From: a bacterium
GTDB lineage: Bacteria > SAR324 > NAC60-12
Length of the DNA stretch: 13,544 nucleotides
Direction: 5' to 3'
Assembly (NCBI GenBank): GCA_965233585.1
Contig: CBDDTI010000115.1
Location: 1-13,544, forward strand
The notes beneath the pieces were generated by a model. That model saw only the letters and a program-made list of their open reading frames with translations, had not been told where the DNA came from and ran no database searches. Below, piece by piece: positions 9,514 through 13,544 of this stretch; the first letter of the stretch is position 1, and each line of letters begins with the position of its first letter. Made by a program: the position numbers and the translations under genes.

Positions 9514-9652
9514 CTTGACACCCATACAGTTCAACTCTCATCGCTCTGTAGTTCTCAAACTCAACTGGACGAAACATGATGGAGGATGCCTCAAGTGGTG
9601 GGTCCAGTGAGTGTTTAACAATGGTGTTTTGGTCTGTATTCCCAGTAAAGAC
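9514..9652 (-). CDS. Host gene exon: F5/8 type C domain 1, C-terminal part
   Basis: Acceptor ttttcctgattcAG, donor CAAG|GTAACT; 139 nt, phase 0 to 1. Encodes VFTGNTDQNTIVKHSLDPPLEASSIMFRPVEFENYRAMRVELYGCQ with the FxGN and MRVELYGC motifs. Not in the ORF track. Confidence 0.92.
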
Positions 9653-10097
9653 CTGAATCAGGAAAAAAAATATCAGTTACGATTCTAAAATCCTGTCCGT
9701 ACCTGTAATAATTAATTTTTTGCCATTGGATTTACACTGTATAAATAATGACAATTTTGATACATTTGTTGCAGCTTTTCCATTCTTGACCGTACCACTT
9801 AATTTTAGCATCCATGACAAAAGATTAGATATGTACAGGGAATTAAGTCTGATGAAGGCAATAAATTGGCCTGCTCTTAGGCAGTCAAAATGAAGTAATT
9901 TTCTCAATCATGGGGGTTATTCCGTAAGAGCGAGCCTATCTCATTTTGCACATTTCCACGTATTTTTGTTTTTGACGTATATGATGAAAAAAAGAATAAA
10001 AAACAACTCAATTAGGGAAAATAGGCAAAACTTACAAAAGAAAGCAATGTAATTAGTATTTAATGTTAATTATTATTTGTTGATTATTTCAGTTAGC

Positions 10098-10223
10098 CCT
10101 GGGTAGCCCTGCGATAGACCAGCATCCATTCAGGGACGAGTAGAAATACTCTTCCTGCTTCATGCTACAGAAACCGAGATAAGCTCCGGTCTGATGGGCC
10201 ACTTGGCTCGAAACTAGCCTTAC
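10098..10223 (+). mobile_element. 3' fragment of a SINE/LINE-tail-like interspersed repeat
   Basis: GGGTAGCCCTGCGATAGACCAGCATCC...GCTTCATGCTACAGAAACCGAGATAAGCTCCGG..TGATGGGCCACTTGGCTCG recalls a common anthozoan SINE 3' end; recognition only. Confidence 0.45.
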
Positions 10224-10241
10224 ATTCAAATTGTTATTTAC

Positions 10242-10579
10242 CTTGTACAAGGTTTCTCCAGGATCCTGGTAAAAACCCTTTTCCCCATTGGGTTTTGAGT
10301 ACGTCAGCCTGTACCTCTTAACCCACTGGCTTGCATCATGCCTTCCTTGAGTAGCGATACCTGTTACTCTGGTAAACGGATAGCTAAAAGTAATGGTGAG
10401 AGTTGGTTTGTCATCGTCTGTTGCGGCTACCCAGCCTCCTGATACCCCTCCTGACGATATAAAGTTAAGCCTGGCTCTACTTGCGCCAGTGCTTCTGTCA
10501 TACACAGAAGATGCACTTATTTCGTCGTTAGTTATTTTACCATTCTCCATACCTAGAGCTTCTTGACAACCGGAATAGT
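10242..10579 (-). CDS. Host gene exon: F5/8 type C (discoidin) domain 1, N-terminal part
   Basis: Acceptor ttccacAG (10580-10581), donor AAG|GTAAAT (10240-10241); 338 nt, phase 1 to 0. Encodes (D)YSGCQEALGMENGKITNDEISASS...ARLN...GGWVA...VTGIATQGRHDASQWVKRYRLTYS...TLYK, typical discoidin motifs. Confidence 0.92.
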
Positions 10580-10937
10580 CTGTGGAATAGATTAAAAAAA
10601 GACATGTACCGTTCTCGTTTGATAAAAGTTTAATTGCCTCTTAATTTCCTTGATTGTTTGCAATCTAGGCAAAAATAGCTCTAGAAAATTCCATTCTCGC
10701 CTCCAGTGCTGTTCGTTTTAAAATACAGTTTGAAGTAAAGGAATTTCTGGCTCCTTAATAGTCTTCGCATGCTCCAATTAGTTTCCTGATTAATTGTATA
10801 AAACTTTCTCCAAAATAGATTTCTCAAACAATGGTGAACCTTAAGTCGAGTGTAATTTGACAGAATTTTCAAATTTCACGAGTAAAACCTTAGTGACATT
10901 CGAGTTCACTGACGCAACCAGTTAGAAACAAACTTAA

Positions 10938-11401
10938 AGTGTATATGAAGTGAATTTTTTTTTTGCATAATTTTACCGTTCAATATGTAAATAAATCGAT
11001 TGTAAAACTTAAAGTTCTCCTTAACAAAAATTTAGTCATGTTTTTAGCGCTGAAAACTACTTAATTTTTGTCAAGAGATGTTCAGCAGACTGGGACGAGT
11101 TTTATTGTCTAATTTCATCCTGTGAGGTAGTGTTGTGGACAGATTTAATCACTAAGAAAGGTTTCTGAGGCTAAATAACATGTCGAGCGATTCTGAATTG
11201 AGTGCTTTCTTTGAATCTTTAATTTACGACGAGGATATTGATGTTGTGTATAGCCAATACAAGCCGTATCGTATTGCAATCTCGCAGTCTTTTCCACAAC
11301 ACTTCGTCATCAGAACATTTTGGCCGCGCGATTCGAAGACCATTTTTGAGAGCAAGATCGCACAATTTCCAGGTGTTATAAAATCGCCAATTTTTTTCAA
11401 A
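10938..11401 (+). mobile_element. Possible Kolobok-type DNA transposon end abutting the PLE
   Basis: TTAA (10934-10937) followed by AGTGTATATGAAGTGAATTTTTTTT fits the Kolobok TTAA TSD with purine-purine terminus. The partner TIR is not in the window. Confidence 0.3.
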
Positions 11402-11406
11402 CGAAT

Positions 11407-11453
<47 letters not shown>

Positions 11454-11523
11454 TATTACAAGATAATTTGGTTTTATCAACTGAGTTGACAATGTAAGTT
11501 AGCCACCGTAAAGAGATTCGAAA

Positions 11524-11557
11524 GCTGACGTTTCGAGCGTTAGCCCTTCGTCGGAGC
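11524..11557 (-). ncRNA. Minimal type I hammerhead ribozyme (variant core) in the PLE terminal repeat
   Basis: Minus strand reads GCT-CCGACGA-A-GGGC-TAAC-GCTC-GAAA-CGTC-AGC: stem I GCU/AGC, stem II GGGC/GCUC, GAAA box, palindromic ACGU stem III, GUC cleavage triplet. Minimal hammerheads are an established feature of PLE pLTRs. Confidence 0.75.
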
Positions 11558-11585
11558 AAATCGAGGAATTGTGGGTTGTGTGTGG

Positions 11586-11617
11586 TTTATATACAGAGGA
11601 AGGAGCTACGCTATTGG
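11586..11617 (-). promoter_or_regulatory. Putative CCAAT and TATA boxes of the PLE terminal repeat
   Basis: CCAAT (11613-11617) then TATATAAA (11586-11593) on the minus strand, about 30 nt upstream of the hammerhead. Confidence 0.4.
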
Positions 11618-11652
11618 CTGGTGCCTGGTAACGTGAAAAACAACAGAATAAA

Positions 11653-13544
11653 TTAGTTGAATGAAAAGCGTTCATTGATACCGTGAGGATTAAGAGTGCC
11701 GATTTGAAAAATAAATTTTTGTTCTAGAGTTTTACGGCTTTCAGTGCTTCCTTGATGTAGGGAGAGGCCGCAGACTACCATATGTTGCTTAGAATGATTG
11801 GGCAGATTAAAGTGTCTGGCGACCGGTTTAGATGCGTTTTTGTTGTCTTTCTCTGCGTCGCGAAGGTGTTCTCGGAATCTGTCGCCTAGTCGTCTCCCTG
11901 TTTCGCCGATGTATAACTTTTTGCAAAGAGTGCAAGTTATACAGTAGATGACATTGGTTGAGGTACAAGTAAAATGATCAGTGATCTTAATGGATCGCTT
12001 TGGTCCCGACAATTTCTCAACGTTGCAAATAAAAGGACATGTTTTGCATCGTGCGCGTGCGCATTTAAAAGTTCCGACCTGATTACTCGTTTGGAATGCA
12101 CTTCTGACTAAAAAGTTACCTATGTTTTTGTCGCGTTTGAATGAAATTAGTGGAGGTTGCGAAAAGATTACACCAGTATCGGGATCATTTTGAAGTAATT
12201 TAAAGTTTTTTTAGAATGATGGATTTAACTGCGTGGTTGTGAGGGTGAAATGTGAGGGTGAATGGAATTCCATTATTATTCTCCTTCTGAGACGTTTGTA
12301 GTGCTGACTGCCGATCAATTTGTTGGGCGCGATGATGGCCTGCTTGAACAACAGAAGCAGTATAGCCACGTTTGTAGAAGAAATGGCACATTTCCTCTGA
12401 TTTTAAGGAAAAATCAGAGTCCTCACTACAAAGGCGACGAAGTCTAAGAAGCTGAGAATAAGGAATAGAATTCTTGACATGTGATGGATGTGAAGATGAG
12501 TATAACAAATAACTATGAGAATCTGTGGGTTTGTAGTGCACACTGGTGCATAAACCGTTGCCTTCGATGGAAAGTTTGATATCTAGAAATGCTAAAGAAG
12601 TATCGGAGATTTCCCAAGTATATTTAAGAGCCGGATGAGAGGAATTAACAGCAGTTATAAATTGGTTGAGTTCCTCTCTGCTAGAAGAAGTGGCACCGAC
12701 ACAGTCGTCAATGTAGCGACGATAGAGTTCAGGTTGAGAGCCATTGTATTGATTGAAAAATTTGTGCTCGATGTAGCCTACGAAAAGATTGGCGTAGCTG
12801 GGTCCCATTTTTGTGCCCATGGCCACACCATTGATTTGTTTATAATAACTACCAGCGAATGAGAAACAGTTTAGTGTTAACACTAGTTCAGCCAGGTGGA
12901 GCAGTGTTTCCGAGCTTGGTTCCTTAACTGTGCGTAAATCAAAAAAAATGTTTGAGGGCTAAAAGACCTTCGCCATTAGGGATGACGGTGTAAAGAGATG
13001 TAATATCCATAGTGAAAATAAGTTTGTCTTCGCCCAGGAAATTGAAATCGCGAAAAATTTGAAGCGCGTGTTGACTGTCTTTAACGTATGACGGTAAAGA
13101 TCTGACGATAGGTGCCATAATTTTGTCTAAATAGCTGGAAATAAGTTCTGTAGGGCAACTACACGCAGAGACGATAGGTCGGCCTGGGTTGTTAGGTTTG
13201 TGAATTTTGGGTAAAAAGTAAATACACGAAGTTCTAGGAGTGGTGATGATGAGATTAGTAGCAGTAGCCGGCAATTCTTGTTTGACTATAAGGTCGTTAA
13301 TAGTGCTCTTGACAATTTGTTGATTAGTGGAAGTGAGATCTTTATCGACTTTAGCATAAAAAGAGGTGTCAGAAAGTTGCCGCAAAGCTTCTTTTTGGTA
13401 GAGGTCGGCCCGCCAAACAACCAAAGCGCCGCTTTTGTCGGCCGCTTTGACAATTAGGTCTTTGCGCTTACTAAGGTTTTCGAACGCCGCTCTCTCTTCC
13501 GAAGAAAGGTTGGAAAATTTGGTGTTACGATTGAAATTAAGCTT
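11653..13544 (-). pseudogene. PLE reverse transcriptase / GIY-YIG endonuclease ORF with two frameshifts
   Basis: Three ORF-track pieces join into one protein after removing one base from the 8-A run (12941-12948) and one from the 7-T run (12206-12212): ...KHFFDLRTVKEPSSETLLHLAELVLTLN... and ...ILKNFKLLQNDPDTGVIFSQPPLISFKRDKNIGNFLVRS...FKCARARCKTCPFI... Stop at 11653-11655. Confidence 0.9.

Noticed and set aside
11502..11510. GCCACCGTA identical to the outer 9 bp of the IS3EU-like TIR
   Set aside because: Only 9 bp, embedded in the PLE terminal region, with no extension or TSD; consistent with chance.
12262..12862. Plus-strand ORFs of 61 and 75 aa
   Set aside because: Antisense shadows of the PLE reverse transcriptase.

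Overview
Eukaryotic (animal, most likely stony coral/anthozoan by repeat content) genomic DNA. The minus strand carries seven splice-compatible exons (1299 nt, 433 codons, open throughout) of an extracellular-type modular protein, F5/8C-EGF-F5/8C-EGF-EGF, which is incomplete at its 5' end and probably also at its 3' end. The introns are packed with repeats. The most notable is a 1232-bp non-autonomous foldback DNA transposon with TACGG...CCGTA termini, a GCTCAC 6-bp target duplication (IS3EU-like), two inverted arrays of 11/7-bp modules and a transposase N-terminal remnant. There are also several hairpin MITEs, tRNA-derived SINEs (one ending in an 800-bp compound microsatellite) and a possible Kolobok end. 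The right end of the window is a Penelope-like retroelement (Neptune-type RT, Cys linker, GIY-YIG) broken by two +1 homopolymer frameshifts. Its 3' terminal region contains CCAAT and TATA boxes and a variant minimal hammerhead ribozyme, all pointing into the host gene. Family assignments come from motif recognition only; no database search was run.
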